Positions 16,637 to 26,563 are shown, counted from the stretch's first letter. The stretch is DNA of 64,000 nucleotides from an uncultured archaeon (GCA_902385635.1 CABMGN010000008.1:197147-261146); one strand, 5' to 3'. Numbers and translations are program-made. The notes: generated by a model from the letters alone, not told the origin.

Positions 16637-17866
16637 TTATTCGTATCTTAAGGCATCAACCACTTTGGTTTTTGAAGCTTGCCAGGCGGGTATAAGTCCA
16701 GATAAAACACCAACAATGAATGAAAAGACTAAACATCCAACAAATAAGTACCAAGGGGTTCCTATCCTGAGAAGAGTTGTTCCTAGTTGTTGAACAGCTA
16801 TTACTTCAATGACCTTTCCAATAGCAAGACCAACAACAACCCCCAGAATTCCTCCCAACAAACCGAGTAAACCAGACTCTATAAGAAAGATAAACATTAC
16901 ATCTAAATTTTTAGCTCCAATAGCTTTCATAACCCCAATTTCTCGAGTTCGTTCTAAGACTGAAGTGTACATGGTGTTTGCAATACCGATACTTCCAACA
17001 ATCAAACTAATCGCAGCAACACTTAGAAGAAAACCCGTTATTATACTCAAGATAGAGTTAACACTTTGTAAAAGCTCTTCAGGGGTTAATATTTCAAAAT
17101 CCTGAGTTTTTTCCGTAACGCCCCTAGCACTTCGTAACTTCTTTTCTACTTTTTTTGCTACATCAGATAAATTTTCATTAGGGTTAACTTGGACTATAAC
17201 CTGATCGACTCTTTCTCCAGAGTTATAGATTAATTTGAAGTCTGAGAAAGACATATAGATATTTTGATCATCAGAAGGATTTCCTACAGATTGTAAAATA
17301 CCAACAACCTCAAATTCTTCTCCATTAATCAATAATTTATCTTTGATCCCAACTTTTTTTCCAAAAGTATTTTCTTCAGCATATTTTGATCCAATCATAA
17401 TTTTTTTCTTATCTGTTTCTTTGAATAACCTTCCCTGATCTATCTTGAAAGAAGAAGTTTCAGACATTGCTTTGAAAATTTCAGCATTATCTAACGGAAT
17501 ACCAATAACAATAGCATATCTTATTTTTTTATTAAATTCTATCTTTCCATTCCCAGTATTCATGTAAGTGACCTGCTTTACGCCCTGAACTTTTTCTATT
17601 GTATTTATATCATTCAAGGTTAATTGCACTGCGGCAGTATTAGAACCAATCCCTCCCGACTCCATACTTCCTTTTGCAAAAATAAAAAATTTATCTGTCC
17701 CTAAAGATCTAAATTGTTCTTGAACAGCATTTTCTAACCCAAGAGAGAGGCTGATGAGCATGAAGATAGTTGCAATAGAGATTAAGATTCCTAGAAGAGT
17801 AAGCCAACTTTGTAACTTTCTTTTCTTTAAATTTTTTGTTGCTAATTTGAAATAATCTTTAATCAT
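16637..17866 (-). CDS. MacB/FtsX-family ABC transporter permease
   Basis: GIANTMYTSVLERTREIGVMKAIGA; C-terminal DALRYE. Confidence 0.95.
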   Translation of the reverse strand: MIKDYFKLATKNLKKRKLQSWLTLLGILISIATIFMLISLSLGLENAVQEQFRSLGTDKFFIFAKGSMESGGIGSNTAAVQLTLNDINTIEKVQGVKQVTYMNTGNGKIEFNKKIRYAIVIGIPLDNAEIFKAMSETSSFKIDQGRLFKETDKKKIMIGSKYAEENTFGKKVGIKDKLLINGEEFEVVGILQSVGNPSDDQNIYMSFSDFKLIYNSGERVDQVIVQVNPNENLSDVAKKVEKKLRSARGVTEKTQDFEILTPEELLQSVNSILSIITGFLLSVAAISLIVGSIGIANTMYTSVLERTREIGVMKAIGAKNLDVMFIFLIESGLLGLLGGILGVVVGLAIGKVIEVIAVQQLGTTLLRIGTPWYLFVGCLVFSFIVGVLSGLIPAWQASKTKVVDALRYE

Positions 17867-19080
17867 TTTCTAAAAGCATCTACAACTTTTAATTTACTTG
17901 CTTGTAATGACGGTAAAAGCCCGCAGATAATCCCAATGGTAAACGAAAATGCAATAGCCCCTAGTAATAAAACATAGTCTACACTAACTTTCAGTTGTAA
18001 TCCCCCTAAAAAATTCCCCGCAAGAGCCGAAATTCCCAATGCAAGGCTTAAACCAAGAAGAGCTCCGATTACTCCTCCAACTAACCCTAAAAGGCCGGAT
18101 TCAACTAGAAAGACACCAAGAATATCTTTATTCTTAGCCCCAATGGCCTTCATAACCCCAATTTCTTTAGTTCTTTCAACAACAGAAGCATACATTATAT
18201 TAGCAATTCCGATTCCTCCAACAATTAAGCTAATTGATGCAATACCTGCGATGATAATATTCACTATAGTGAGTATTGTATTTATTGATTCTAAACTTTT
18301 AACCGGCGTCTGAACAGAAAAGTCTTCTTCACCTATTTTTTCTCCTCGATCTTTTCGGAGTTTATCTTCTATACTTTTTCCAATTTCCTCAATGTTATCT
18401 TGATTGTTTACCTGTGCAATAATCATATCCCACTCATCAATAATATTCAAGCTTTGTTTCATATCTTTTTCACTCATAAACACAACTTGATTTATTGTAA
18501 AACTACTTCCTTTTTTTAATATCCCAACTACTTCATATGTCTCCCCCTGGATTTTTACTGATCTTCCTACGCTTATGGTTTTTCCGAAGACGTCCTCCTT
18601 TACAAGATCACTCCCAAGAACAACCTTTCCTTTTTCTCCAGGTTTTAAAAATCTTCCAGACTCTAACTCAACATTCAAATTCTGAAACATTAGGGCTACT
18701 TTTTTAGAGTCTTCTGGAACATTTGTAGCATAACTGAATTGTGCAGCATCGTTATATTCCAGTTTAATAACTCTAATCAGTCTAGGAATCGTGAGCTTTA
18801 CTCCTTGCGTACTCTCAATTACTTTAACATCGTGATCATTCAGTTTAACAACAGTAGTAGCTCCCGGGGGGCCTAAGCCTGTTCCGGAATTTTGTATTGT
18901 TAAAACATCTGGGCTCAGGCTGGAGAATTGGCCAGTAACTGCTTCTTTAAGACCCGCCCCAAGAGAAATAAGACTAACAACTGCGGCAATACCAATAATT
19001 ACACCGAGGATAGTCAACCAACTTCTCAAACCTCGGTGTTTAAGATTTTTAAAAGCAAGAGTGAAATAATCAGAAATCAT
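17863..19080 (-). CDS. MacB/FtsX-family ABC transporter permease
   Basis: RSWLTILGVIIG; GIANIMYASVVERTKEIGVMKAIGA. Confidence 0.95.
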   Translation of the reverse strand: MISDYFTLAFKNLKHRGLRSWLTILGVIIGIAAVVSLISLGAGLKEAVTGQFSSLSPDVLTIQNSGTGLGPPGATTVVKLNDHDVKVIESTQGVKLTIPRLIRVIKLEYNDAAQFSYATNVPEDSKKVALMFQNLNVELESGRFLKPGEKGKVVLGSDLVKEDVFGKTISVGRSVKIQGETYEVVGILKKGSSFTINQVVFMSEKDMKQSLNIIDEWDMIIAQVNNQDNIEEIGKSIEDKLRKDRGEKIGEEDFSVQTPVKSLESINTILTIVNIIIAGIASISLIVGGIGIANIMYASVVERTKEIGVMKAIGAKNKDILGVFLVESGLLGLVGGVIGALLGLSLALGISALAGNFLGGLQLKVSVDYVLLLGAIAFSFTIGIICGLLPSLQASKLKVVDAFRK

Positions 19081-19093
19081 AGGAGCTTACCCC

Positions 19094-19960
19094 CTACCTT
19101 AAGCCATTCTTTTTTTTAGCTTTTTTTACTCTTTTATAAATTATGTAAATAATTATTAATACAATAATTATTGTAACGTAAACCCAAGTATAATTTTTTT
19201 GAACAAGACCAAGTTCCAAGGCTCTTTCTGGAGTATAGGCTTTAATTGGAAGTACAACTGTTTCTGTTTGAGCATTATTCTCAGAATCCTTGTATGTTAT
19301 TTCCGCAGTTACTTGGGCATTTTCGGATTTATATACTACATCAAATGTAGCTGTTCCAGAATCGTCAGACCTAACTGTTCCGATATACTGGTTATCTAAA
19401 CCAATAAGTTCTACCCCATTTTCCGAGAGAATTCTTACAGAAGCAAAGCCAATATCCCCCAGTCCCTTATTTGTTATTTGTACCGTAGCTTTTCCTTTTT
19501 GGCCGATTATATTATTCTCAGTAAGAATATCGTACTGCAGTTCTGTCTGGGCTATAACCGTAATCCCGAAGGTGCCGGTTTTAATAGAAGGGATGAGAGT
19601 ACCATTAAGTCCTTCTAAGTAATAAGTAAGAGTATAGGGTATATTATAATCTCCAGTTTTTGTATTTGGTGCTGCTTTTAATATAAATTTAAAGTTTTCT
19701 TCATCTTCATTATCTATATGGTCGACACTTTTTTCTGAGCTTCCCTCTGTGGAAAAACCAGTGTTCGCAAGATTTAAGGAGATAGAAACATCTTGAGCAT
19801 CAACGGATAATGTATTCTCAACCTTCATACTCACTTGCCCACTTTGCCCCGGATAGATTTTATCCGAAGTAACAGAGTTGACTACCATCGCTGAGGCTAT
19901 ATTTAATCCTAAAAGAATTATTGCTGCAAAACTTAAGATAACTAAGCTATTTTTGTTCAT
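19094..19960 (-). CDS. Exported Ig-like (COG1361/S-layer domain-like) protein with C-terminal TM anchor
   Basis: Signal peptide, beta-rich PGQ..V..N repeats, C-terminal TM and basic tail; lies inside the ABC operon. Confidence 0.75.
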   Translation of the reverse strand: MNKNSLVILSFAAIILLGLNIASAMVVNSVTSDKIYPGQSGQVSMKVENTLSVDAQDVSISLNLANTGFSTEGSSEKSVDHIDNEDEENFKFILKAAPNTKTGDYNIPYTLTYYLEGLNGTLIPSIKTGTFGITVIAQTELQYDILTENNIIGQKGKATVQITNKGLGDIGFASVRILSENGVELIGLDNQYIGTVRSDDSGTATFDVVYKSENAQVTAEITYKDSENNAQTETVVLPIKAYTPERALELGLVQKNYTWVYVTIIIVLIIIYIIYKRVKKAKKKNGLR

Positions 19961-20025
19961 TGTATTTTTCTCATAAATAAATACTTTATAAGTTTTGTGA
20001 TAGTAACCTCTGAGAAATTACTACA

Positions 20026-20766
20026 CTACCCTCTTCTACAGGTATTTTGTTTAATTTTCGCCCATTTATTTTTTACTTTTCTTTCTACTGATTCAACTTT
20101 TCCATCCCTTATTGAATAAATTGTTCTCGCGTGTTCTTTAGCAAGATCCGGGTCATGGGTAACCATAATAATTGTTTTTCCTTTCTTGTTTAATTCCCCT
20201 AAAAATACCATTATTTTCTCTCCAGATTTTGTATCTAGATTTCCGGTTGGTTCGTCAGCTAGAATAACTTCTGGGTCATTTGCAAGGGCTCTAGCAATTG
20301 CCACTCTTTGTTGTTGTCCCCCCGAGAGCTGATTCGGATAATGTTCTTTTCTGTCTTTTAGTTCAACTATTGCTAAAAGTTCTTCAGCTTTTCTAAGGCG
20401 GTCTTCTTCGTCTTCTCCCTGAAATAACATTGGAAGAGCTACATTTTCTAGCGCAGTTAGATTTGGAACAAGATTGAACTGCTGAAAGATAAAACCAATC
20501 TTTTTCCCTCTTAGTTGAGCAAGTTCGGATTCCGTTAGATTCTCAATATCCTCATTTTCTAAATAAATTTCTCCTTCTGTTGCAAGGTCTAAACTTCCAA
20601 TAAGATTCATCCCAGTAGATTTTCCCGACCCGGACGGGCCCATTATTGCAACAAAATCACCTTTCTCTATAACAATATTAACACAGTCTAGAGCTTTGAC
20701 TAAGTTTTCTCCCATCTCATAATGTTTAGCTACATTACGAAGCTCAATTATGTTTTTATTTGACAT
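20026..20766 (-). CDS. ABC transporter ATP-binding protein (LolD/MacB type)
   Basis: [35 protein letters not shown]. Confidence 0.97.
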   Translation of the reverse strand: MSNKNIIELRNVAKHYEMGENLVKALDCVNIVIEKGDFVAIMGPSGSGKSTGMNLIGSLDLATEGEIYLENEDIENLTESELAQLRGKKIGFIFQQFNLVPNLTALENVALPMLFQGEDEEDRLRKAEELLAIVELKDRKEHYPNQLSGGQQQRVAIARALANDPEVILADEPTGNLDTKSGEKIMVFLGELNKKGKTIIMVTHDPDLAKEHARTIYSIRDGKVESVERKVKNKWAKIKQNTCRRG

Positions 20767-20858
20767 TTTAACTCTAGAATCCTGAGGCGATTCCTAACCA
20801 TCACCTCTCTTTCTTACAAAATCGCAATCTTTAAAAACTATTCGGAAGGAGTAATATT

Positions 20859-21056
20859 ATGATAATTCCGGTAAGATGCTTTTCTTGTGGTAAACCAATT
20901 GGTCACCTTTGGGAAGAATACAAAAAACGTGTTTCTGAGGGAGAATCCCAGAAGAAAGTTCTAGACGAACTTGGCTTAGAAAGATTCTGTTGTAGATCTG
21001 TTTTCCTTGGTCAGACAGATATGGTCGAACTTATTTCTAAGTTTAAAAAAGCCTAA
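20859..21056 (+). CDS. rpoN: RNA polymerase subunit N (Rpo10)
   Basis: MIIPVRCFSCGK...LDELGL.R.CCR. Confidence 0.97.
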   Translation: MIIPVRCFSCGKPIGHLWEEYKKRVSEGESQKKVLDELGLERFCCRSVFLGQTDMVELISKFKKA

Positions 21057-21457
21057 AATACCTTTTCTAACCTAACCTGATCTGGTTTTAAGAAGCTTTT
21101 TTCCCTTAGCTCTTCTATTTTTTCTTTTGGTAGAATCTTAAACCCAATCTTTTTATGGGCTTTTATTGAAGCAAGATTATTCTTCTGTATTGTTGCATAA
21201 AGTTTCCTTAGCTTACACCTTTTTACTAACTTCATTTCAGCTTCTTCAACAAGGCCCTTTCCCCTAAATTCCTTTAATAACACAATCTGAACAAACCCGT
21301 CCTCTTTAGTGTTCTTAACTGGCGTAAAGCCAACAACACCTATTTTTCTAGTGTTAAAAAACAGGGTATAATATTTTCCTTCTTTAACAAAATAAATTTC
21401 TTCCTTTTCTGGAAGGGATTCGTAAAACTTTTTATCAAACCTACTTAATTTTATCAT
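21053..21457 (-). CDS. GNAT family N-acetyltransferase (RimJ/RimL-like)
   Basis: EFRGKGL, N.ASIKAHKKIGF. Confidence 0.8.
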   Translation of the reverse strand: MIKLSRFDKKFYESLPEKEEIYFVKEGKYYTLFFNTRKIGVVGFTPVKNTKEDGFVQIVLLKEFRGKGLVEEAEMKLVKRCKLRKLYATIQKNNLASIKAHKKIGFKILPKEKIEELREKSFLKPDQVRLEKVF

Positions 21458-22205
21458 TGTTAAAAAATTTAACTATCTCTCTAAAAGATTTTAGTTTATG
21501 TCTTAGTTTTGAGAATTTATGGTCTGCTCCTTTTATTATCATCAACTTTTTTGGTTCATTTGCTGCGTCATAAATTTCTTTAGCATTTTCTATCGGGACC
21601 GTTGTATCCTTACTCCCATGAAGAATAAGAATTGGCTTCTTGAGTTTGTGTAAAGAATTCTTGACGTTTAGTTTGAAAAATTCTTCGTAAAACCCCCTCT
21701 TTAACCTTTTATTATGGTACCAGCTTCCAGGCCTTGAATATACAATAAATCCCTTTTCCTTAAATTCTTTTATTTGGTTTTTATTAAAATCGTAATTTAT
21801 ACATTTGACTAAATCCGCAACCCCTCCAGATAAAACTATTCTGTCTATTCTTTTATCCTTCCAAGCATAAAGTGAGAGGTCTATAGCTCCAGTAGAGAAC
21901 CCAATTAAATATAATTTTTTGAATTTGTAATTACTACTGAGAAAATCTACCGAGGACTTAATTTCCTTAACTTCTTTACTCATCAATTTATCTTCAAAAT
22001 TCCCTTCTGAGAGTCTTGTGCCCGAGAAATCAAATCTTAAGGTTAGGAATCCGGCAAATTTCAACCAGCGTGCTAGGGTTTTTAGGCTTTTGCAATTTCC
22101 TGGAAACCCATGTAAAAGGATCACGGCACCTTTAATCTTTCTGGGTTCATGAACGAACCCCCTTAAAATTTCATTTCTAAAATTTTTAAATTCAACTTTT
22201 CTCAT
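21441..22205 (-). CDS. Alpha/beta hydrolase
   Basis: LHGF, RFDFSG, nucleophile GFSTG, HGSKD, GADH; likely start ATG22205. Confidence 0.9.
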   Translation of the reverse strand: MRKVEFKNFRNEILRGFVHEPRKIKGAVILLHGFPGNCKSLKTLARWLKFAGFLTLRFDFSGTRLSEGNFEDKLMSKEVKEIKSSVDFLSSNYKFKKLYLIGFSTGAIDLSLYAWKDKRIDRIVLSGGVADLVKCINYDFNKNQIKEFKEKGFIVYSRPGSWYHNKRLKRGFYEEFFKLNVKNSLHKLKKPILILHGSKDTTVPIENAKEIYDAANEPKKLMIIKGADHKFSKLRHKLKSFREIVKFFNNDKIK

Positions 22206-22465
22206 TCCATTCTCCACCGGCTTACTTTTTTACAATTCAAGCATTCAACCGATTTTACCTTATTTTTTATTCTAACATTCTCTTTGCCTGAGAAAGGATT
22301 AAAACAATATTTACAAAATTTCTTCCTTTCTGTCTTAAGGGAAATTTTTTTATTTGCAGCCAATCTTTTTATTTTCTTAATTTCCTTAGAAGATTTATCC
22401 TTGGGGTTCAAGAAAAAAGTTTCTATTTCTTGCTGAGCCTCTTTTTTTGATAAGTCAGATTTCAT
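22202..22465 (-). CDS. rnp4: Ribonuclease P protein component 4 (Rpp21/Rpr2)
   Basis: KKFCKYC...VRIK......CLNCKKVSR Zn-ribbon pattern. Confidence 0.8.
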   Translation of the reverse strand: MKSDLSKKEAQQEIETFFLNPKDKSSKEIKKIKRLAANKKISLKTERKKFCKYCFNPFSGKENVRIKNKVKSVECLNCKKVSRWRME

Positions 22466-22509
22466 AATATTACAAAGAATTCATTGTTTAAAAGATTAAA
22501 GAAAATAAA

Positions 22510-22624
<115 letters not shown>

Positions 22625-22662
22625 AAATTTCAGACATTTAAGCTATTTTTAAAACTTTCGAA

Positions 22663-22746
22663 TGCGGGAAAGAGGATTCGAACCCCTGCAGACACTAAGC
22701 CACGTGATCCTTAGTCACGCCCGTTTGACCGCTCCGGCATTCCCGC
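22663..22746 (-). tRNA. tRNA-Leu(AAG)
   Basis: Cloverleaf nearly identical to the tRNA-Leu(TAG); anticodon arm CGTGA-CT-AAG-GA-TCACG. Confidence 0.93.
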
Positions 22747-22793
22747 TTAACTAAAATGAAGATTTATTTTCTTATATAAATCTTTAAGTATTT

Positions 22794-23294
22794 ATGATAA
22801 TTAATCTTCCTATGAGGGATGCTACACTCTGTTTAATTATACAAAACGGGAAGATTCTCTTGGGTAAAAAAAAGAGGGGGTTTGGAGAAGGTAAGTATAA
22901 TGGGTACGGTGGAAAGGTGCAAGAGGACGAAACAGTTCTTGATTCTTTACTTCGAGAGGTCCAGGAAGAGTTAGGAGTAATTCTTTTCCCAAATAAATTA
23001 ATAAAAATGGCAGAAATAGAATTTATTTTTCCGGATTCAAAAAAAGACTGGGACCAGAGGGTTCATATTTATCTTGCTTCAGAGTATGAAGGGGTTCCAG
23101 AAGAATCAGAAGAGATGACTGTTGAAGAATTCGATCTTAGCAATATTCCTTACTCTTCAATGTGGGAAACAGACTCTCACTGGTTGCCAATAGTTTTGGG
23201 CGGGACTAAATTTAGGGGAAAAATTTTGTTTGAAGAAGATTGCTCTACAACAAAAGCATTTACTTATGATCCATTACCTGATTTTAATAGATAA
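22794..23294 (+). CDS. NUDIX hydrolase, 8-oxo-dGTPase (MTH1-like)
   Basis: KKRGFGEGKYNGYGGKV, Nudix box REVQEELG, ESEEM, MW.TD..W. Confidence 0.9.
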   Translation: MIINLPMRDATLCLIIQNGKILLGKKKRGFGEGKYNGYGGKVQEDETVLDSLLREVQEELGVILFPNKLIKMAEIEFIFPDSKKDWDQRVHIYLASEYEGVPEESEEMTVEEFDLSNIPYSSMWETDSHWLPIVLGGTKFRGKILFEEDCSTTKAFTYDPLPDFNR

Positions 23295-23326
23295 ATTAAT
23301 AATCTTCTTTTCTTCGATTATCTTGT

Positions 23327-23401
23327 GCGCCCGTAGCTCAGCCTGGATAGAGCAGTGGGGTCCTAACCCAAAGGTCGTAGGTTCAAATCCTATCGGGCGC
23401 G
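23327..23401 (+). tRNA. tRNA-Arg(CCT)
   Basis: GCGCCCG/CGGGCGC acceptor, GCTC/GAGC D stem, anticodon CCT, GTTCAAATC T loop. Confidence 0.9.
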
Positions 23402-23448
23402 TTTGTCTAGAAAACTTTATTAAACGATTTTTCACTATGTTTAAATAG

Positions 23449-23519
23449 GCGCTGGTGGTTTAACGGTAGAATGTCTGCCTTCCAAGCAGATTGCCCGGGT
23501 TCGACTCCCGGCCGGCGCA
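23449..23519 (+). tRNA. tRNA-Gly(TCC)
   Basis: GCGCTGG/CCGGCGC acceptor, TCTGC-CT-TCC-AA-GCAGA, GTTCGACTC. Confidence 0.95.
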
Positions 23520-23527
23520 TACCTAAT

Positions 23528-24457
23528 ATGTCAGAAGAAAATCACGAACAGGCAAAAGAAGAAAAGAAAAAAAAGGAATTTTTCAAAAATTTTAATTATG
23601 ATAAGAGATATAAGCTTATGCTTTTCATACCTATAATTCTTGTGGTCATATCTTTGGCCTATTTAGGTTATACCTTTTATACAACCGGCGATGTCATCCA
23701 CAAAGATGTTAGCCTTTCTGGTGGAACTTCTATAACGCTTCACGGAGATCAATTTGACTATAATGCCCTAGAATCTGCTCTTAAAACCAAATATGGAGAT
23801 ATCTCCTTTAGAAGATTATCTGATTTATCCTCCGGTAAACAAATAGCTTTTATTATTGAAAGTTCTGCTCAACCAGACGATTTGAAGGCAGAGATAGAAG
23901 CTCTTTCCGGGCAAAAATTAAACTCAGACAATTCTAGTATAGAGTTCTCTGGCCCAACACTAAGCCAAAATTTTTATAAACAGTTAGTTATCGCCCTAAT
24001 AATCTCTTTCATTCTTATGTCAATAGTCATTTTCTTCCTTTTCAGAACATTTGTTCCAAGCATTGCAGTTATCTTTGCAGCATTCGCAGATATAGTTATG
24101 CCCCTTGCCTTAATTGATTTCTTAGGAATAAAGATTTCAACAGCAGGGATTGCTGCTTTCTTGATGTTGATTGGTTACTCGGTTGATACGGACATTCTTC
24201 TTACAACAAGAGCTCTTAAAAAAACAGAAGGAACCCTAAACCACAGAATATTTGGTGCATTTAGAACAGGTTCTTTCATGTCCTTCACTGCTCTTTTTGC
24301 AGTACTTCCTGCCTTCTTTATTATTACGGGTCTTCCAGATTCATTTAGACAAATTTTCTTCATTCTTGCCTTAGGTTTAATCGCGGATATAATCAATACC
24401 TGGTTAACAAACGCCAGTATAATTAAATGGTACTGCGACAAAAAAGGAATAAAATGA
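23528..24457 (+). CDS. secF: Protein translocase subunit SecF
   Basis: LSGGT, IAAFLMLIGYSVDTDILLT, DIINTWLTNA; start reassigned to ATG23528, downstream of tRNA-Gly. Confidence 0.93.
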   Translation: MSEENHEQAKEEKKKKEFFKNFNYDKRYKLMLFIPIILVVISLAYLGYTFYTTGDVIHKDVSLSGGTSITLHGDQFDYNALESALKTKYGDISFRRLSDLSSGKQIAFIIESSAQPDDLKAEIEALSGQKLNSDNSSIEFSGPTLSQNFYKQLVIALIISFILMSIVIFFLFRTFVPSIAVIFAAFADIVMPLALIDFLGIKISTAGIAAFLMLIGYSVDTDILLTTRALKKTEGTLNHRIFGAFRTGSFMSFTALFAVLPAFFIITGLPDSFRQIFFILALGLIADIINTWLTNASIIKWYCDKKGIK

Positions 24458-26106
24458 AACTAACTTGGAGAATCTGGATTTTAGTTCTTGCCTTAGCTTT
24501 TGCTTCAATATCTGTCCTTAATCTTCCGGTTATGTATAATACTCTTGTTGGCTTGTTAATAATCTCTATCCTTGTTACTCTATCTTACTCAAAATCAAAA
24601 AAATTAACAATTATTTTATTAGTCCTTACTGGGCTTATTATTCTGGCAATACTCTTCTTTGGATTTCAGAAAGGAGTAGTAATTACTTCTGTCCCAGGAG
24701 ATTCTGTTTCCTTTACAGAGGGACTTAGAAAGGGAATGATTATAACTTCAATTAACGGAAATTCTATCTCTAATATTGAAGACTACTCTAAAATAATTAG
24801 TCTGGTGGCCTTTGAAAATAAAACTAAAATGGAAATTCAGACAACTCAGACAAAATTAGTTTTCTTGACAAATGAGTCATTAAGAATAACAGTCTCAAAC
24901 ATTCCTCGAACAAACCTTCAAACAGGATTAGACCTAAGTGGCGGGGCTCGTGCAATAGTTAAACCCGCGAATGTTACTTTATCTTCATCAGAAATGGCTG
25001 ATCTTATCGCAGTCATGTCAAATAGACTTAATACTTTTGGTATCAGCGACGTTAATGTGCGAAGTGTAAGCGACCTTTCTGGAAATAGCTATATCCTTGT
25101 AGAGGTCGCAGGAATAACAACAGATGATTTAAAAGAATTAGTTGGACAACAAGGAAAGTTTGAAGCTAAAATTGGGAATGATACTGTTTTTGTTGGGGGA
25201 GAAAGAGATATAACTTCTGTATGTAGGAATGATGCTACTTGTGCAGGAATAGACTCTTGCCAACCAGATTCAAGCGGAACAGGAGGATATTTCTGTAATT
25301 TTAAATTTAGTATATATTTAAGTGATAGCGCAGCAAAAAGACAAGCAGAAGCGACAAAGACACTTCCCTTAGATCCAGCAAATCCTAAGTATCTATCCAA
25401 GAAGCTCGACCTTGTTTTAGATGATAAACTTGTAGACTCTTTATACATTGGAGCAGATTTAAAAGGGAGTATAACAACCCAAGTTCAAATTTCTGGTTCT
25501 GGTTCTGGTACAACACAAGAAGATGCATATAACGCAGCCAAAGATTCTATGCATAAGTTACAAACAATTTTAATCACAGGAAGTCTTCCGTATAAGTTAG
25601 AAATAGTAAAACTTGACTCAGCTTCCCCAGTTCTTGGAAAGGAGTTTACTAAGAATATAATTTATCTTGGTTTAATCGTTTTCTTAATTGTCTCGATAAT
25701 GATCTTCTTAAAATATAGAAGATTGAAGATAACTTTATCTGTAATTCTCACAATGTTTGCCGAAGCGTTGATTACTCTAGGAATAGCTGCACTCATAAAA
25801 TGGAATCTAGATGCTCCATCTATTGCCGGACTTATCGCTGGTATAGGTACCGGGGTAGACGACCAGATAGTAATCATTGATGAATCTGTTTCAGAAGAAA
25901 CATCTAGTTTAAAAGATAAAATCAAAAGAGCACTATTCATAATTGTTGGGGCTTTTTTTGTAACTATCTTCGCAATGCTTCCTCTATTCTGGGCCGGAGC
26001 AGGTCTCTTAAGAGGCTTTGCTTTAACAACAATCTTGGGTGTTAGTGTTGGAATTTTAATAACAAGACCTGCATTCGCAGATATTCTGAAGAAACTTCAA
26101 GAATAA
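24454..26106 (+). CDS. secD: Protein translocase subunit SecD with N-terminal PDZ-like insertion
   Basis: GLDLSGG, RLNTFG, GSLP, IAGIGTGVDDQIVI.DE, LRGFA.TT..G; start ATG24454 overlaps the secF stop. Confidence 0.92.
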   Translation: MKLTWRIWILVLALAFASISVLNLPVMYNTLVGLLIISILVTLSYSKSKKLTIILLVLTGLIILAILFFGFQKGVVITSVPGDSVSFTEGLRKGMIITSINGNSISNIEDYSKIISLVAFENKTKMEIQTTQTKLVFLTNESLRITVSNIPRTNLQTGLDLSGGARAIVKPANVTLSSSEMADLIAVMSNRLNTFGISDVNVRSVSDLSGNSYILVEVAGITTDDLKELVGQQGKFEAKIGNDTVFVGGERDITSVCRNDATCAGIDSCQPDSSGTGGYFCNFKFSIYLSDSAAKRQAEATKTLPLDPANPKYLSKKLDLVLDDKLVDSLYIGADLKGSITTQVQISGSGSGTTQEDAYNAAKDSMHKLQTILITGSLPYKLEIVKLDSASPVLGKEFTKNIIYLGLIVFLIVSIMIFLKYRRLKITLSVILTMFAEALITLGIAALIKWNLDAPSIAGLIAGIGTGVDDQIVIIDESVSEETSSLKDKIKRALFIIVGAFFVTIFAMLPLFWAGAGLLRGFALTTILGVSVGILITRPAFADILKKLQE

Positions 26107-26107
26107 A

Positions 26108-26563
26108 ATGTATCCTAAAACCCATATACTCTTTGGACTAATTTTTTGTGTAATTCTTTTTGTCTTCTTTCCCAATATATCTTTACTCGGCCTTCTATGT
26201 CTCTTTTTATCGGCAGTTTTAATTGATGTAGATCATTATATTTATTTCATTTTTAAAAAGAAAAACTTAAGTTTGAATAAATCTTATATCTGGTTTAAAG
26301 AGTTAAAAGAGTACGGGCTAAAACATAAGCGAGAAATTTACCTGTACAAGTGGCCTAATTACACTTTTCATAATGTAGAATTTCTTCTAGTGGTACTCGT
26401 ACTTTATTTTATCTGGCCTTTTTTTGGATTTTTATTTATTGGTCTTCTTTTACACTTCTTTTTAGACTTTTTAGATGATTTGTCTACTGGACTTCCAATA
26501 ACCATGAAACTTTCCTTAGTCTACCTTTTAATCCGGAACAAGAACAAAAAGACTTTCAATTAG
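26108..26563 (+). CDS. Membrane-bound metal-dependent hydrolase (YdjM-like)
   Basis: TH...G, IDVDH, FH..E, LHFFLD motifs. Confidence 0.75.
   Translation: MYPKTHILFGLIFCVILFVFFPNISLLGLLCLFLSAVLIDVDHYIYFIFKKKNLSLNKSYIWFKELKEYGLKHKREIYLYKWPNYTFHNVEFLLVVLVLYFIWPFFGFLFIGLLLHFFLDFLDDLSTGLPITMKLSLVYLLIRNKNKKTFN

Noticed and set aside
23230-23527. ORF 23230-23448 and the N-terminal extension of secF from 23471
   Set aside because: They overlap tRNA-Arg and tRNA-Gly; secF more plausibly starts at ATG23528.
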